From assembly GCA_044892505.1 (NCBI GenBank), contig CM097883.1, positions 393,204,001-393,268,000 on the forward strand: DNA of 64,000 bases. Direction: 5' to 3'. Position 1 is the first letter of the stretch. Every line of letters begins with the position of its first letter. This document shows, piece after piece, positions 36,300 through 50,399 of the stretch. The notes below the pieces were generated by a model. The model was not told the origin of the DNA, made no database searches, and saw only the letters and a program-made list of their open reading frames with translations. The translations under genes and the position numbers were made by a program. Source of the stretch: Schmidtea nova (Eukaryota).

Positions 36300-39078
36300 T
36301 GTTGGGCTTACCAAATCACCTAGAAAGATAAAAATCCAATTAAACAATAAATTAAATAATAAGGAAATTTACTCCTAGAAATACAAATAGAAAGCTCAAA
36401 ATAATTATAAATAAAATAATGTAAAAAAATTACTTAACAGCGACAAATTAATACTCAGAGAAATAGGAGGCACAAAGAAAAACGAAAAAATAAAAGTACA
36501 ATTTATTGTTTCATTAAGTGAATTTTGAACCAGAAATCACGATATTGCCATCTATCAATTAAAATATTGAAATAAATAAAATAAAAAAGAGAATCACTTT
36601 AAAGAGCGGCACGATCCTGATTGGTCCGTTAGACGAGCTCAATTAGTATTAAATACTAAACCGAAAATCAATAAGAATCATCAAATTTTTGTGAATTAGT
36701 TTTCAGATTTTACAGATCTCGAAAACTTTTAAGCATCAGTTAGAAACCGTCGACTGAACGAATTTTGTGGATTGATAAGTAATAATATATTATTAAAAAT
36801 TTGTCAGAAATCGTTCTCTGTAGGTCACGCTGCAATGGTTATTATTATCGATTATAATCTTTACCACCCGAATATGTCTGTTTCCCAACTCGAGTGAAAT
36901 AGGATTTTTCGCGAATCGCCAGGGACAGCGTTGCAAAACCCTGACAGGAAACAATTGACAATATTTATTTAGAGCGAGATCTAATATCAAAACACGAAGA
37001 ATTCAGATCGAAATTTAAATTGGAATAAAGAGTACAAACAACTTAGCGGAATTATTTTAACAAAATTTCTAAATAAGTAAAATCTAAAGGTAAATTTTTC
37101 ATCTTTATTGAAGTCATACGAAGCACAATTACATTCTGAGCCAGCTTGGAAACCAAACTCCAGTGCAACGACTCGGCACTATATACTACCGCAACGGAAT
37201 GGTCAATAAAACAGGATTTTGGTTCCTGAAGTAAGCACCGCATGCCGGTCTAAATGACACATTCCGCCAAATGAGAAGGTGGCGTCAACAGTATATGGGT
37301 GGGTCTGATGTAAGAATTACGGTATTAGGGTGAACCTACATGGCCCTCAGCCAGGGAGATTCATAACCGTCCGAGATGGTTCATCGTGAAGCGCGGCATC
37401 GACCACGTACCTTTGTTAGAAGATCTTTTTTGACAAGATCAGGGTAAAAGAGTTCCACCAATTGGGATTTATTATATTGGATCATCCACGAAATCTCGAG
37501 ACGAGTCCACAGAATATTCAAATCCCCAGTTCAAATTCCAAGGAGAATGGAGAGATCAATCCAAATGGACCGCAATTATCAACACACAAGAGATTTTCTT
37601 ATACAAGTTCTACTTATGCTAGGCATCAAATCCAAGTATCTATGGAAAAGATGGAATAGCGAAAGACCAGGTCTAGCAGTCCAGGACTGGATCTGCGACG
37701 ACACCTACGAGGAATGCTGAATCGAGTGTGACCAGATCTCAACACTAGAACTATGATTATGTCATTGTTTTTGTAGTCGAAATATTATCGGTGTTGTATT
37801 TTGGTTTTTTTGTTGTTTGTTTGAATTATAACGGGAAATAAGGAGAGTAGAGTTGGGCATTGTGGTTTGAATGAAACACAAAATGCGATGATTACGGAAA
37901 TGAGAGTGTGATGATGAGATGAACGAATGGGAAGTAATACCTGAGATGATGCGGATTTATGGTTTTAGTTTGGGACTTGGGTGGTAATGATATTTTGATG
38001 AAATGAGTGTCATGATAAAGTTGAATGAACAACGATGCTGTGAGTATGATTGTAAGGTAACCAATGACTCTCGAAGTAAGGGTAAAATGAAAGAGTGTGG
38101 ATTAATGATTAATAATAAACAGTCATCTACCGTTATATCTACTATGGTTTTGTTTTGTTTAGATGCATAAGTCAGACACAAAAGATTCTAAGGGATCCGA
38201 ACGACAGCTCCAGCAGAGAATATTATTGCTCGAAAAGAAAAGTAATCATCAAGTAATTGTGATGGAAGAGATGAGGCGCATTTGGTTTACGCCGGCGTCC
38301 ATGAAGCCGGTATTACAGCGAAATGATCGCTTGGGAAGAGCATTAGACGAGCAGACGGCCAAACTTTCTGTAATGCCCATAGAATTGAACAAATGCCTCC
38401 GAGTATTATCGGATGATTTCGTGCAGCATCACCTAAAACTCCAAATCAGAGCTATTACTTTCGACAGATGGATCACCCCGACGGAGACGACAGTTGAGAC
38501 ACATGCGGACATTCTATCGACAGAGCATTCAAAGACTCAGGAATAGTAGACGCGGCGCAGCCAGCCAATCCAACTCAACCAAAGCCAAAAAATAGAAATC
38601 GGTTAGGAGCGAGGAGGCATCGAGAACGAAGGGCTTTTGTCGAAAGAATGAATATACAGGTATACCTGTTAAGTGACCTGTCATAAAGACAACTTATAAA
38701 CCTGATGGACACTTCGGTTTTTATTAAATAAATGTATTCTATTGTATGCGAGTTGGTTAATTGATGGATGAATGATGGGTATGACAAGCTGAATGATGAA
38801 GAACATTTTATTGAGAATTTATGATAAGGGACACATCAAAACCAATAAGACCTTTTATCGGTCAGAAAGAACCCTTAGGGGCAAGAGGGGAATAATCACA
38901 GTAAAATAGCTCACCTGCCCTCTTGACCTACACCGGTTAGTACATTTTCAACGTGATGCGCAATTAGGAGCAACTCACGGGTACTAGCGGGGGTTTAAAT
39001 TATTTTATGTGGATGGAGTTACCCTAATCACAACATCATTTTTTGAAACTCCATTTTAACACCACTAACAACCCAACA
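36300..39078 (+). mobile_element. Putative large LTR-like element (TGTTGGG...CCCAACA) carrying the ORF-A/ORF-B cassette
   Basis: Terminal 7-mers as in the main LTR; ATTGG plus TATA-like module near 36615-36650; ORF-A remnant 37250-37730; ORF-B 38163-38546; GCTCACCTGC at 38909. No TSD found. Confidence 0.45.
38163..38546 (+). CDS. Unknown repeat-borne ORF-B
   Basis: 127-aa ORF with IWFTPASMK..IELNKCL..QIRAITFDRW, homologous to 19572-20006. Confidence 0.55.
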   Translation: MHKSDTKDSKGSERQLQQRILLLEKKSNHQVIVMEEMRRIWFTPASMKPVLQRNDRLGRALDEQTAKLSVMPIELNKCLRVLSDDFVQHHLKLQIRAITFDRWITPTETTVETHADILSTEHSKTQE

Positions 39079-42000
39079 ATTCATAAAAAATATTTGCAGA
39101 TTAATACACCCATATCACTCATTAACAGCATCCACATCTAATACTACATACGACAATTTATTTATTCATAGATCCATTTAAATTCCATCGTCTCATTCAT
39201 TAATATTTCATACCCACCATGTTACATCCAGAAAATATATACAAAAATCCATTCCGATATATTTAGCCATATGCATATACCTTTTCTTTTCCTTAAGAAT
39301 TCTATAAGTAAAAAGTGGTTTGAGTAATAACAGAGATGTCGTGAGAGATAACTTTATTGTATTCCGTACGAAATTTTGTCATGATTAAAATTGATAAAAA
39401 ATCTAAGACTTAATTTTCGTTACGGGATTTGATAAGATGTTCAATATTAAATCAAAATAAAAACTTTTTTGACGCACAATATTGGTTTTGAAATAATATA
39501 TACAGTTGGTCAGTGGTTAACAGCTAACATGTTTGGAAATCGGGTTTTAAAGCGAATTTTTGGTCCGATTTTATTATGAAGCCTTAGGGGAGTTTTCGTT
39601 GAAAATTTCTCAAGTCAAAACATTATTTATAAAAATAATATATAACGAAAATTCCGATTATGCAAAAATTTTAGGATTAATAGATTCGAACATACACCTT
39701 TGACAAACGAAGTAAATATCTGTGGATAGACAATTTTCGCTATTAGAACTATCAGCCACCGCCACTCAATTCGCTTTACTTTGGTTAGTGTTCGGTGCCC
39801 CCATTATATTGGATGAATTTTGTGTACTGATGAGTAAGATTTAAAAGTTGGATACATCACTATAAATCCAAATAAATTAGTGTATGATATAAAATTTTAG
39901 TTTTTTGTCTTTGAATACTATACTGAATTTTAAATAAAATACAACACACAATATTACCAGGTCACCGTCCTCATACGTCAGCGTATAAGATGAGGTGTCA
40001 AGGGTGTTTGGGCATTGTCACAATGGATACATTGGTCAGGTAATTAACGTACCACTATTAAATCTATAAATTGTTGCGACGAAATATTCTGGAATTGTGT
40101 GAATTTGAGATTGGATAAAGCATGCGTAGAAATTAAAAATAATCGATTCGATTGAAATAATTATTAGATGGAATAAAAATTCGACAGTGTTTGGAATTTT
40201 ATTTTACATATACCCCATGGAAATGTAATTTCATATTTGGACTAAATGTAAAGTTTCTTAGCACAATATTGAGGAAACATTAGTAATCTTTGAATTGCAT
40301 GAGAACATGATAAAACTGACACAACGGCTTTGCCTTCGAATAATTTATTTAATTGTCTTTATTGGTAGTTTACTTTGTATAATTTTTTGGGGCCTTAATT
40401 TTTTTAACTACTTATATAGCAGTTTTATCTTAACTGTTCTCATGTCATTTCTTGCATGCTCTAGCTGTAAAATGGCATGGAGGAAATATTTACAGAAACA
40501 ATTTTTGGATTCCCAAATTATAATTTGTCTTCAAATTCTCTCAACAACAATTCAGTAGGTACATTTTAATTAATTTTGACCTCATATTTATTTCGTTTCT
40601 TTCAGCTTTACATTTTTAATAATTTAGTAATTTTATTTGTTTTTATTATTATTTTATTTAAATTTATTTAGCCTCTTCTTCCCCCCTTAAAATACAACAA
40701 GGTTAGAATTAATTTATATATATTTCCTTTTTTGAAACACTAATATTATTGTTATTTCTATTATTTCTAATAATAATTTATAATCAATGATAGCCGGTTA
40801 ATTGTTGTTTACTCGGGTTCTTTAAAAATAGATAATATAACTCCAACTGCATATTAAATAAAAAGTGTTTCAGACATTACAATTAAGTCATAATTATTAT
40901 ATTATTAGAACTGGAACTTTGCAATATAATATTATTTATCTTTGACAAATAATTTAGAAAATTTGTTTGACTTTTCTTAAAATAATAATTCTATCTTAAA
41001 TCTAATTGATAGTTCAGCACAATACTTTCTCAGAAGTTAAATGTGAACTTCTGTGATTCCTGCTCCTATTTTATAACACCAACAAATTCTCTCAAATTAT
41101 TTTAACATTGTAATATTGTCATTCGACAAATTAATAGGAAAAGCTATATTCTATAAATCAGTAATGGAATCGGCTAAAAATCAAAAGAAAAGTTTCTAAA
41201 ATACACACATCAAAATTATCCATTTATTTGTAATTGCAATAATCCATCAATTAATCAAAAATCTAACAAATTCTTAAAGATCAACTGAGAAAAAACAAAC
41301 AGAACATCTCTTCGCACACGCTTAGAGAAATTCAGTTACCAAATTGATTTAAAATAAACTAGAAATAGAAACAGGATTTTCATACTTCATTTAATTATTT
41401 TTTTAGATTTACTTGTTAATTACGAGGAAATTAATATTTTTTGATATTTTAGATTATTTTTGCTATTATTCTATTTTTATAATTTTTAAATTATATTATT
41501 CTTCACTCGAAAATCAATAAATATATATATATAAACATTATTCATTCAACTAAAATTTATTATTTAGAACAAAGGTTCTGGATATAGATGAATTTTATCC
41601 CAGGTTACATGGCCTAACCTTAAAATATCACCAACTCAACTAAAAAACCTATATATGCCTTATATTTCTTAGTTTTAAAGCTCTAACACCATAGTTGCAT
41701 CCTGATTTGGCTATCTCCTTCGGGCAGCTAAAGTACCAGATTTTATGACATCATTCGGGTGACATTTGGCTATTCTAAAAATGTCACCGATTCATCATAG
41801 TCAACCGTCCAATGACAGAATTTGAATCTATTATATCACTAATATTATATTTGTTGTCCTATGAGACATTTTCAAGGATTAGAGAACCTAAATGTGTTGA
41901 CAAAAATTTTAACGTAAGTTGGCTAAATTCAGTAAATTTAAGTTGTCACGGGATTTACTGACCTATCAAAGAGGCGAATTTCAAAATTAGCACATGGGCA

Positions 42001-42114
42001 GTATTTTTATTTTGCTATTTTGGTGGCTTTTGGTTAGTTAAACTGAATAAATGAATGTTGTTTTGTATAAAATTTTAAAAAAGTTCATATATTATCTGCG
42101 AATTGAAGTTAAAG

Positions 42115-42115
<1 letters not shown>

Positions 42116-42177
<62 letters not shown>
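42116..42177. repeat. (TTA)n microsatellite
   Basis: Directly visible. Confidence 0.95.
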
Positions 42178-42189
42178 GTATAAATAGCT

Positions 42190-42245
42190 CAGTGGTAGCC
42201 AAACTACGGCCGCTTACGGCCTACTAAGGGTTTTTATCCGGCCCG
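42190..42245 (+). mobile_element. hAT/Charlie-like MITE left end
   Basis: CAGTGGTAGCCAAACTACGGCC resembles the reverse complement of the 52418-52722 right end; matching right end not located. Confidence 0.4.
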
Positions 42246-42415
42246 TTTTGAATTTTGATTAATACATCCACTGTAAATTTTCATAAAATTCTATTTCACA
42301 TTAATAAAAGTTTTAAAATTTTCTGTTCTTGTTAAGAGTTTAAAAAATTATAAAAAAAGTTTTCTTATAATTTGTTGTTCTATTGAATAGAATAAAATAT
42401 ATTTTGTATATTAAA

Positions 42416-43063
42416 ACATTAAAATTAACATAGGTCTGAAGTGTTTATATTTTTGCTTTTCCAAAAATATAGTTTATAAACTTACCTGCTAAATTTGATG
42501 CTACTTAGATAGGAGAAACACTTAGAACTTTTTGCACCAGACTTAATTAACACACTATAAATAATATCAGAAATTATTACGAACACTGGGAAAAGTACAT
42601 AAAATGACCCTATATAAAGACAAAACAAAAGCCAAATTTTGTAAGACGGATTCAAAAATTCATTACAAAGATTAGCTTCTGAGACTTCTTATATCAAAAA
42701 ATAGAAACCGTCTATCAACATTTAGTTCGCATAAAAAAAAACATTAAAATTAACATAGGTCTGAAGTGTTTATATTTTTGCTTTTCCAAAAATATAGTTT
42801 ATAAACTTACCTGCTAAATTTGATGCTACTTAGATAGGAGAAACACTTAGAACTTTTTGCACCAGACTTAATTAACACACTATAAATAATATCAGAAATT
42901 ATTACGAACACTGGGAAAAGTACATAAAATGACCCTATATAAAGACAAAACAAAAGCCAAATTTTGTAAGACGGATTCAAAAATTCATTACAAAGATTAG
43001 CTTCTGAGACTTCTTATATCAAAAAATAGAAACCGTCTATCAACATTTAGTTCGCATAAAAAA
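42416..43063 (+). repeat. Tandem duplication, period about 325 bp
   Basis: Units starting at 42416 and 42741 appear identical. Confidence 0.9.
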
Positions 43064-46027
43064 TCATGTTTAAATATATAAAATAAATAATTAATGTTAC
43101 TATTTAGGATTAAGTTAATATAACGATTGAAATACACGCTTAATAACGGTTGTGCTAAAATTTCATGTACCTAACAACCAAAATAACCCAAAAAAATTTG
43201 GGTCCTACAATTTTGAAAATTATTGATATAAATAAAGAGATCAAAGGTGAAACCAAAAGATAATTATGATAAAATTTAATCACAATATTCGCCAAGGAAC
43301 ATCAATGGAATTCTTGGAAACAGTGTCTGTGAAAAACTTAGTGCAAAGAATGTTTAATAACTAAAATACAAAACTTGAAAATCAAGACGATGGTACGGTA
43401 AGTAGTGTGGTTAACAATAATAATTTGAAGGCATGAGTGGAAACTAAATTCGCGTACAGTAATTCAACCTTCAATCAATGTTGAAATGCTATTAAATCAT
43501 TTCAAGGGGTAAACATTTGAAAATAGATTTCTAAATAGTGATTGTTGGATGAACGATCAGAGTTATTCATTGAAAATTGTTTAAACCCCGGTACAACTTT
43601 TGAAGTTGAGAAATAATTCATAGAAATCTATGAAAAGAAACAAATTTTTTTAAAATCCCGGTTTTAGTTTATTAAAGGGGATCAAAATTGCGAAAGTTAG
43701 TTGTCTCAGCTTTGCTTCATTGATCTTATCAAAATTGCCACCAACTGACCTGACAATATAAAAGTCGAAAGAAATATTGCCTAAGCTTTATTAATTTGTA
43801 CGCTACTCATTTGTATTCCAATATCTAATAATCCTCAATAAAATTGCAATAATATTGATATTTTTCTAATTATCATACAATCTTTTTATGAATTATCACG
43901 CGATATTTATGAATTATTTTCATCAGGGTTTTTAAAAAATTCTGACCAATAATATTATCTGCACAAATAATGTTATTTAGATCAATTTAGAGGTGAAAAA
44001 TCAATCAGAATGTTTTCAAAATTAAATGTTTTTAATAACAAAAATCACAAACATACAAAACATACTGAACGCCATATTAAAATTGAATAGGTGTAAATTT
44101 ATATTTGAAAATTTTTAATAATGGAGATGATTAATTTATAAATATATTTAAATTAATAATAAATTTTAAGTAATAATAAATTTACTATACAAGCTAAATA
44201 TAAAGATAACCTGCATTATACTGCAATCCCAAGTAAAACCAAATTATTTATCATAAATAATGTCAAATGGCACATATAAACAACAAAATAAAGAGGACAT
44301 GTTTCTTTTAAATTATTTTTTCAGTTCTTAATTTTACACGTTGTCAAACACTTTAAGTTTTAAAATTATACACAGAAACGAAAATTTTTTATTCGTTTGT
44401 TATTACTATTGGAAAATGAACTTCAGTTATGTCTGAAAGTGAAACTTACTTATAGTACATTTTTCTGCGAAATATCCCTAATACTTTTTTTAGAGCAATG
44501 AAAGCATGCAGGACGGACATAGCGGACAAAAATATTACGTCTATAGCCGTCGTTTGCGGCAACGTGTTAAATAAAAATTAGGTGCTTATTTTTGTAGTAA
44601 TGTCAGATCAAAGTTGCATTAAATAGTTTTTGTTATAACCAAGGTCACTGTAACCATGACAGCTTCATGATTTGTAACTAATAGGCTGGTAGAAGCGAAG
44701 CTAAATTTTGTTTTATTGCGTCGAAAAATAAATACACACAAAAAGATACAAATTCAAAGATCACAATAACACATAAGAGCGTTAGGCAGTAAAATGACAC
44801 ATAAGGTTCATAAAATATTAAAGCACCAATAAGTACAGATAACTGACATACGAACCGCTTTTCATCAGTGGTCGAGGTAAGGATAAAACAATAAAAAAGA
44901 GGCATCTCAAAAGAGAGGACACAATTTGAGTGCAGCTCAAATTTACACACGAAAGGCCGCACGAGAATTGAATGGGGAAGATCATTGCTTGTACATTAAA
45001 TAGAAAAAAACATGATCAAAGATAAATTTGGTATCAAAATAAAGAGAATAATCTATGAAAATTTTTAGAAAAAATCCCCATTAAAATATCGTTAAAATAA
45101 CAGAAATAGAAACAAAATAGAAAATCTTGATTATTTAATCAATTGTTAGGGATGGACTTTGTGTCCTAATTACGTTATTTTAATCAAAATTTAAAATAGG
45201 AATAAAAGTAAAAATAGAAATGTTAAATTACTAAAATTAAAAATATAATATTTACAATGACTAAAAATAAAAATACAATATCAAAAATATTTGAAATATA
45301 CTAAAAATAAAAAAATTATAATAATAATTATTAAAAAAGTAATTTAAAAACACTAAGTGTTATTTGACAAATCAAATCGCTAATATAAATAATGTCACAA
45401 AAATCAGAAAACGACAGACGATAATTTTGTAAATCTACCAAGTGCAGAGGCGTAACTAGGGTATGGCAGGCATGGCACGTGCCATGGGCGCCAACTGAAG
45501 GGGGCACGAAAATAGCGCCTAACGTCTAAATACGCAAATGAAAATAAAAAAATATTTTTTATAGATATCAATATGTGTATTAAAAAACTGTACTTGTAAA
45601 AATTAATAATAATCAAAGAGAAACTGGAAATAATCTTAAGGGATGAGTTCCCACCAATCTTGGATTCCTTCGAAAGTATTGCAATACCAGAAATTGTTTA
45701 GGCAGACCATACGCTTACAGAAAAAGGAACGCAACAATAAATAGGAGAATTAGGACATATATTATGGACTCCGGTACATTATTCATTATCAACATGTTAC
45801 ATGAAATTGTATTGAACGTATGGCCAACCACTTTCCGTTTGATCTTTAAATGAAGATTTAAATAATTTTTCATAATAATTATGTATAATATCTATTTAAT
45901 TTAGTTAAAAACTTCGACAATGTACAAAATTAAAATAAAAGTATTGCAGATTATTATGATAAAAAGAGCAATATTTTTTTTTGTTATTCAGTCATATATA
46001 TTTGTTACTAACAGGCAGGATTGTTAA

Positions 46028-46213
46028 TTAGAATATCTTCATGGAACCTTTAAATAAATTGAAAAGGTCTTCTTTCACCACTGCTCTTGGTGATAACTTT
46101 GTAACGCGATGTTGAGGCAATGTCCCTTCAACTAGATCAGGAATGTCTTCTGTTGTGAATCCTAATTTTTCTAATCCGTCCGGTACTTTTAGATCTTCCA
46201 TATATTTGCGCAA
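46028..46213 (-). CDS. ADHFE1: ADHFE1 exon 6 (last, contains stop)
   Basis: LRKYMEDLKVPDGLEKLGFTTEDIPDLVEGTLPQHRVTKLSPR; AG acceptor at 46214-46215, phase 0. Confidence 0.93.
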   Translation of the reverse strand: MRKYMEDLKVPDGLEKLGFTTEDIPDLVEGTLPQHRVTKLSPRAVVKEDLFNLFKGSMKIF

Positions 46214-46289
46214 CTTAAAATATACGAGAAATGCAAAAAGAAAGTGGAATTGACATTTAGATTAATATTTTATTATTATAAATTCTTAC

Positions 46290-46656
46290 CACATCCGATA
46301 ATATTGTACGCGAATCATTGTTTTTATATCTAGATTCAGAAAATCTCGGGTCAAGTATTTGTGCCGCTTTCAAATGCCGATCAGGACATAGTTGGGATGT
46401 AAATTGAAAAACTGCCGGAGCAGTGATTACAACAGATAGCCCATGTGGAATCAACGGTTTCATCGTTTTTGATACCGGTTTGTAATCACTAACATTAGGA
46501 TACACGGATTTTGCAAGTCCGGAAATGGGATAGCTCATTCCATGACAAAGGTGAACCCCAGCATTGCCGAATCCCATCCCCGCTAACGCGCTGGCAAAAT
46601 GCATTTGACTGCGAGCTTCAGAATCCATAGGATCACTGACACTGCGTCGAAAATAC
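46290..46656 (-). CDS. ADHFE1: ADHFE1 exon 5
   Basis: YFRRSV..EARSQMHFASALAGMGFGNAGVHLCHGMSYPISG..PHGLSV; AG acceptor, GTAAGA donor, phase 2 in. Confidence 0.95.
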
Positions 46657-46709
46657 CTAAACTAACAATCACATTTTACTAATATAATTAAGCCAGGAAA
46701 GTTCAAAAG

Positions 46710-46712
<3 letters not shown>

Positions 46713-46756
<44 letters not shown>
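46713..46756. repeat. (TA)n microsatellite
   Basis: Directly visible; another at about 55875-55911. Confidence 0.95.
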
Positions 46757-46761
<5 letters not shown>

Positions 46762-46799
46762 ATTCTGATCTAGTGTCTAAAAAATGAAAAAGATCAAAG

Positions 46800-49700
46800 G
46801 TGACGAAAATTAATAATATTATTGGTTATTTTTTCTGGCACTAATTTGGCACTAATTAAAAAAGATTTAATTAAAACAAAATAAAAATGAAAAAATTTGA
46901 AGCAGAACAATAGGACTAAAAAAATTAAAATTAAATCAAATTAATAAAAGAAATAAGAAATAATAATCAGAAGGAGATAATCAATTAATAATAATTAATA
47001 ATAAAGAAGAAGAAATCGGAGTTCTAGTCAAGAAAAGGCTAACTCGATTCTGATTGGCTGCTTGAGCGCCGAATTTAGTATAAAAGAGGGTATAAAAGTA
47101 AAAGTATAAAAGTATAAGTATAAAAATTATTTAGTATAAAACTCAGTAAGATATATATCATTTAGGAGCATAATTTACACCATTTGTCATTTTACTGAGC
47201 GATTTTAGTTAATATAACTTAGTGAGCATCTTTCCAAATCACATTTTCGAAGTTCACAAATCTTTATGTGACTACATTTTCAACAACACTCGGAGGGAAT
47301 CAATCGTATCCTTTAACCTGAATTGTTAGAACATCACTGCAAGTATTTGGTAATTTAATAAAACTTTATTTAACATATGCGTTTTATGTTTCTCTATTCG
47401 ATATTTTGATATAGATAATGCGAGAGTCTGGACGATCACGCGGGTTGTCGGCTCTCCGGGGACTTCGCTCTCTGTTTCGTGCTCCCGAGCACGGGGCGGA
47501 GATAGGGATCTCCATAGAAGACACTTTAAATGTTAGAGTGAATGAGTAGTGAATGTTGGAAAACGGTGCGGCGCAGTGTCTAAAATTTATTTTTGATAAT
47601 AGTGAAGGCCGGACGGCCGTTACAAAGTCATATACAGTCAACAAAGGGTTTTAGACCAAGTCAGGAATTTCTAGCGAGTTAAATTTTCCCTGTATCGTTC
47701 GAGGGAGCCAACGAGTTTTTCCCCTTTTCGGAATTGTGCATGGACCCATTTTCCGAGCATTAACCGGATCAGAAAGACCATATACAGGACTAATTTCGAA
47801 TACATTCCTACATAATTATGAGGATCACAAACCCAAATTAAGCATGTTAGCGAGAGTCGAGTTTTCTCCGTTCGACGGATTGATTTATAAATATCATAAA
47901 AGCAACCAGGATTTCCACGCTGCGATCCCGACAATTTTCGTTAAATCAAGACAAATTAACTATAGTAAATCACCCCGATAATTAGTGGATAGCACAGGAT
48001 GATTTTCGCGCCGATCGAGAAAATTCCCGGGAATAAGTCATTAACACAAATCATTAACAAATGAAAATTTATGTCAAGTAGAAGAAAATACGGGGAATAT
48101 TTGTAACAGCCACTTACATTTTCCGATAACTAGACAATATTATGAATTATAAATACCACTCGAATTAAGGAGAGTGTCCCGAAACGTTACCGAGAGAGTG
48201 TAGAATGGAGCGAGTTGGGTTTTGTAGAGACACCTGAATTTCCTGAGAGAGCGGAATATTTGTGGAATCAATAACCGCCAGGCTAACAATGTTGAGTACC
48301 TTTGAGTTGAATTTTTCCAATTATGCCACGAGTGTGACAGCTGTTGAAGACTGCAAGCGAGGAGAAGAGATCACTTCATAATTCAGTTAAGGGAACAGAG
48401 TGAGAGAAGCGCGGTTCGATAACTACACACATCTCGAGATATTTGAGATAAAAAATTTTGAGTGAAGGAAGAATAAGAGACAAATTCGATCTCAAGTGCT
48501 AGTGACATACTTAACTCGTCGATAAGGGGCGTCAACGGAATAAATTCAATCATGAGTGTTATCGTAAAAACTAATGTAAATATGAGCCGTATTAGCCTGA
48601 TAAAGTTTACATATGTCCTTGTCGTTATTATTTAAATTGTGGTTAACCTTGATAATTTTTGGAAAATAAAAAAGGGATGAGTAAAATCAAATAATACTGT
48701 GACGAAACCCCACTTTACCTTAAACGGGATAAAGACGAGAACACCCGTAGGAATTACCAGCTAGCTTCCATTGAAAATTAATAATTTTATACAAATTTAT
48801 ACATTATTATTATTAGAAATTAAAATGGAACGCATATGTATAAATGTAAATACGAGCAACGTCGAGGCAAACCTACGCAGCCGCCAGACCCGATTCGGTG
48901 AATAATTACTGGGTAATAGCCGCCCTTTAAAAGAATATCCTTACCGATCTCGCAACGAAGATCCTAATCGAACATCAGGCAGCGTTTGAGGAAGATGAGG
49001 TTGTGCCACCTTTTAGTCTGCTCCGGAACAGCCACGACATCATCGTCTGATATGGAAGTAGTGCCTGGCCAATTAATATTGACCGAACATACCCAGCCGA
49101 CCTTCCCAGTTACTTTGTGGAAACGCCCACCGATGTACCCGGGCGTTTTCGAATTTATTACAAAGGAACTATTCCCTATGAAGAGTTTTGGAGCTTAGGC
49201 AGGTTCGTGATTGGCACTGTTTCTTACGATATGGCCACCGAATCCACGTATAGTCCAACTTTCGTACACGAGCTATAATTCGTAAGTGAAAATCGTAGTT
49301 GATATACTATTTGATATTGAACTTGAATGTTTTCTTGTGATGTTATAAAGTAATAATAAAAGAAATTTCCATGTACGGTGTTGTCTCAATTTAAATGTTT
49401 ATAAATTAATGTTGATCATAGTATAGCGTAGAATGATAGCTAAGAGTGACCATAGATCTAGAGAGAGGTAGGTAGAGAAGAGTCAGGGAACAATCCGTAG
49501 CCCACAGAGCAGAGGCATAGGAAACGATACTAATTACGGCATTAAATTTTAAGGATAATTAAGAGGGGATGATTAATGATAAAGGGAGATTGACGTTAAT
49601 TTTAATTTAAAGGTTACTATGTCTACCGAGAAGGAGCTGATTGAGAAATTAAAGAGAAGGATCACAGAGTTGGAGGATAGTTATTTCTCGCCCGCGGAAA

Positions 49701-50050
49701 TGAAAGGAGTGAGAGAGAAGTTGGGGCGAGCCATCCAAACAATCGAGGAGCCAAGTATTGAACTGAACGCCGCAAAAATCGAAATGAATAATGCCGGAGA
49801 TTCGTCTCCCAATCCTTCGTTATCGAGCAGTTGAAATAGCTCATTCAACTGATAACGCTTGATAAATAGTTTCCCACTCCTGGTCATATGGAGGGGACGG
49901 CGGAAGAAATAGTGGAGTCAACGGTAGCGAAAGGAAAGAAACGCCGGAAAACCCACGCCCAACGACGACGACAACTGAGACAGAGGTTCGCAGATGCATT
50001 AAGCAGGACGACTACGGACTCCGAGCTAAGAGCGGTAAAGACGAACAGAG
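46800..50050 (+). mobile_element. Further copy of the ORF-A/ORF-B cassette element, in ADHFE1 intron 4
   Basis: gattctgattgg...tagtataaaa module near 47045-47085 similar to 36615-36650; ORF-A remnant 48930-49285; frameshifted ORF-B 49619-49890. Boundaries approximate. Confidence 0.5.
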
Positions 50051-50399
50051 ATCAGTAACTAATAGACTTTGTATGATCCTTGCGTGTAGATATACAAACA
50101 AATATATGTATTGTAAAATTATGTTGTTTTTTCCTCTGTTGATTAGCATGGTTATATATTATTGTTANNNNNNNNNNNNNNNNNNNNNNNNNNNNNNNNN
50201 NNNNNNNNNNNNNNNNNNNNNNNNNNNNNNNNNNNNNNNNNNNNNNNNNNNNNNNNNNNNNNNNNNNNNNNNNNNNNNNNNNNNNNNNNNNNNNNNNNNN
50301 NNNNNNNNNNNNNNNATGTTGCGCCCAATAAGTAGTGCGATTCACACAGAAACAAATGATCAAACACAACGAATTTAATTTTAAATAACAATCAAGTAA

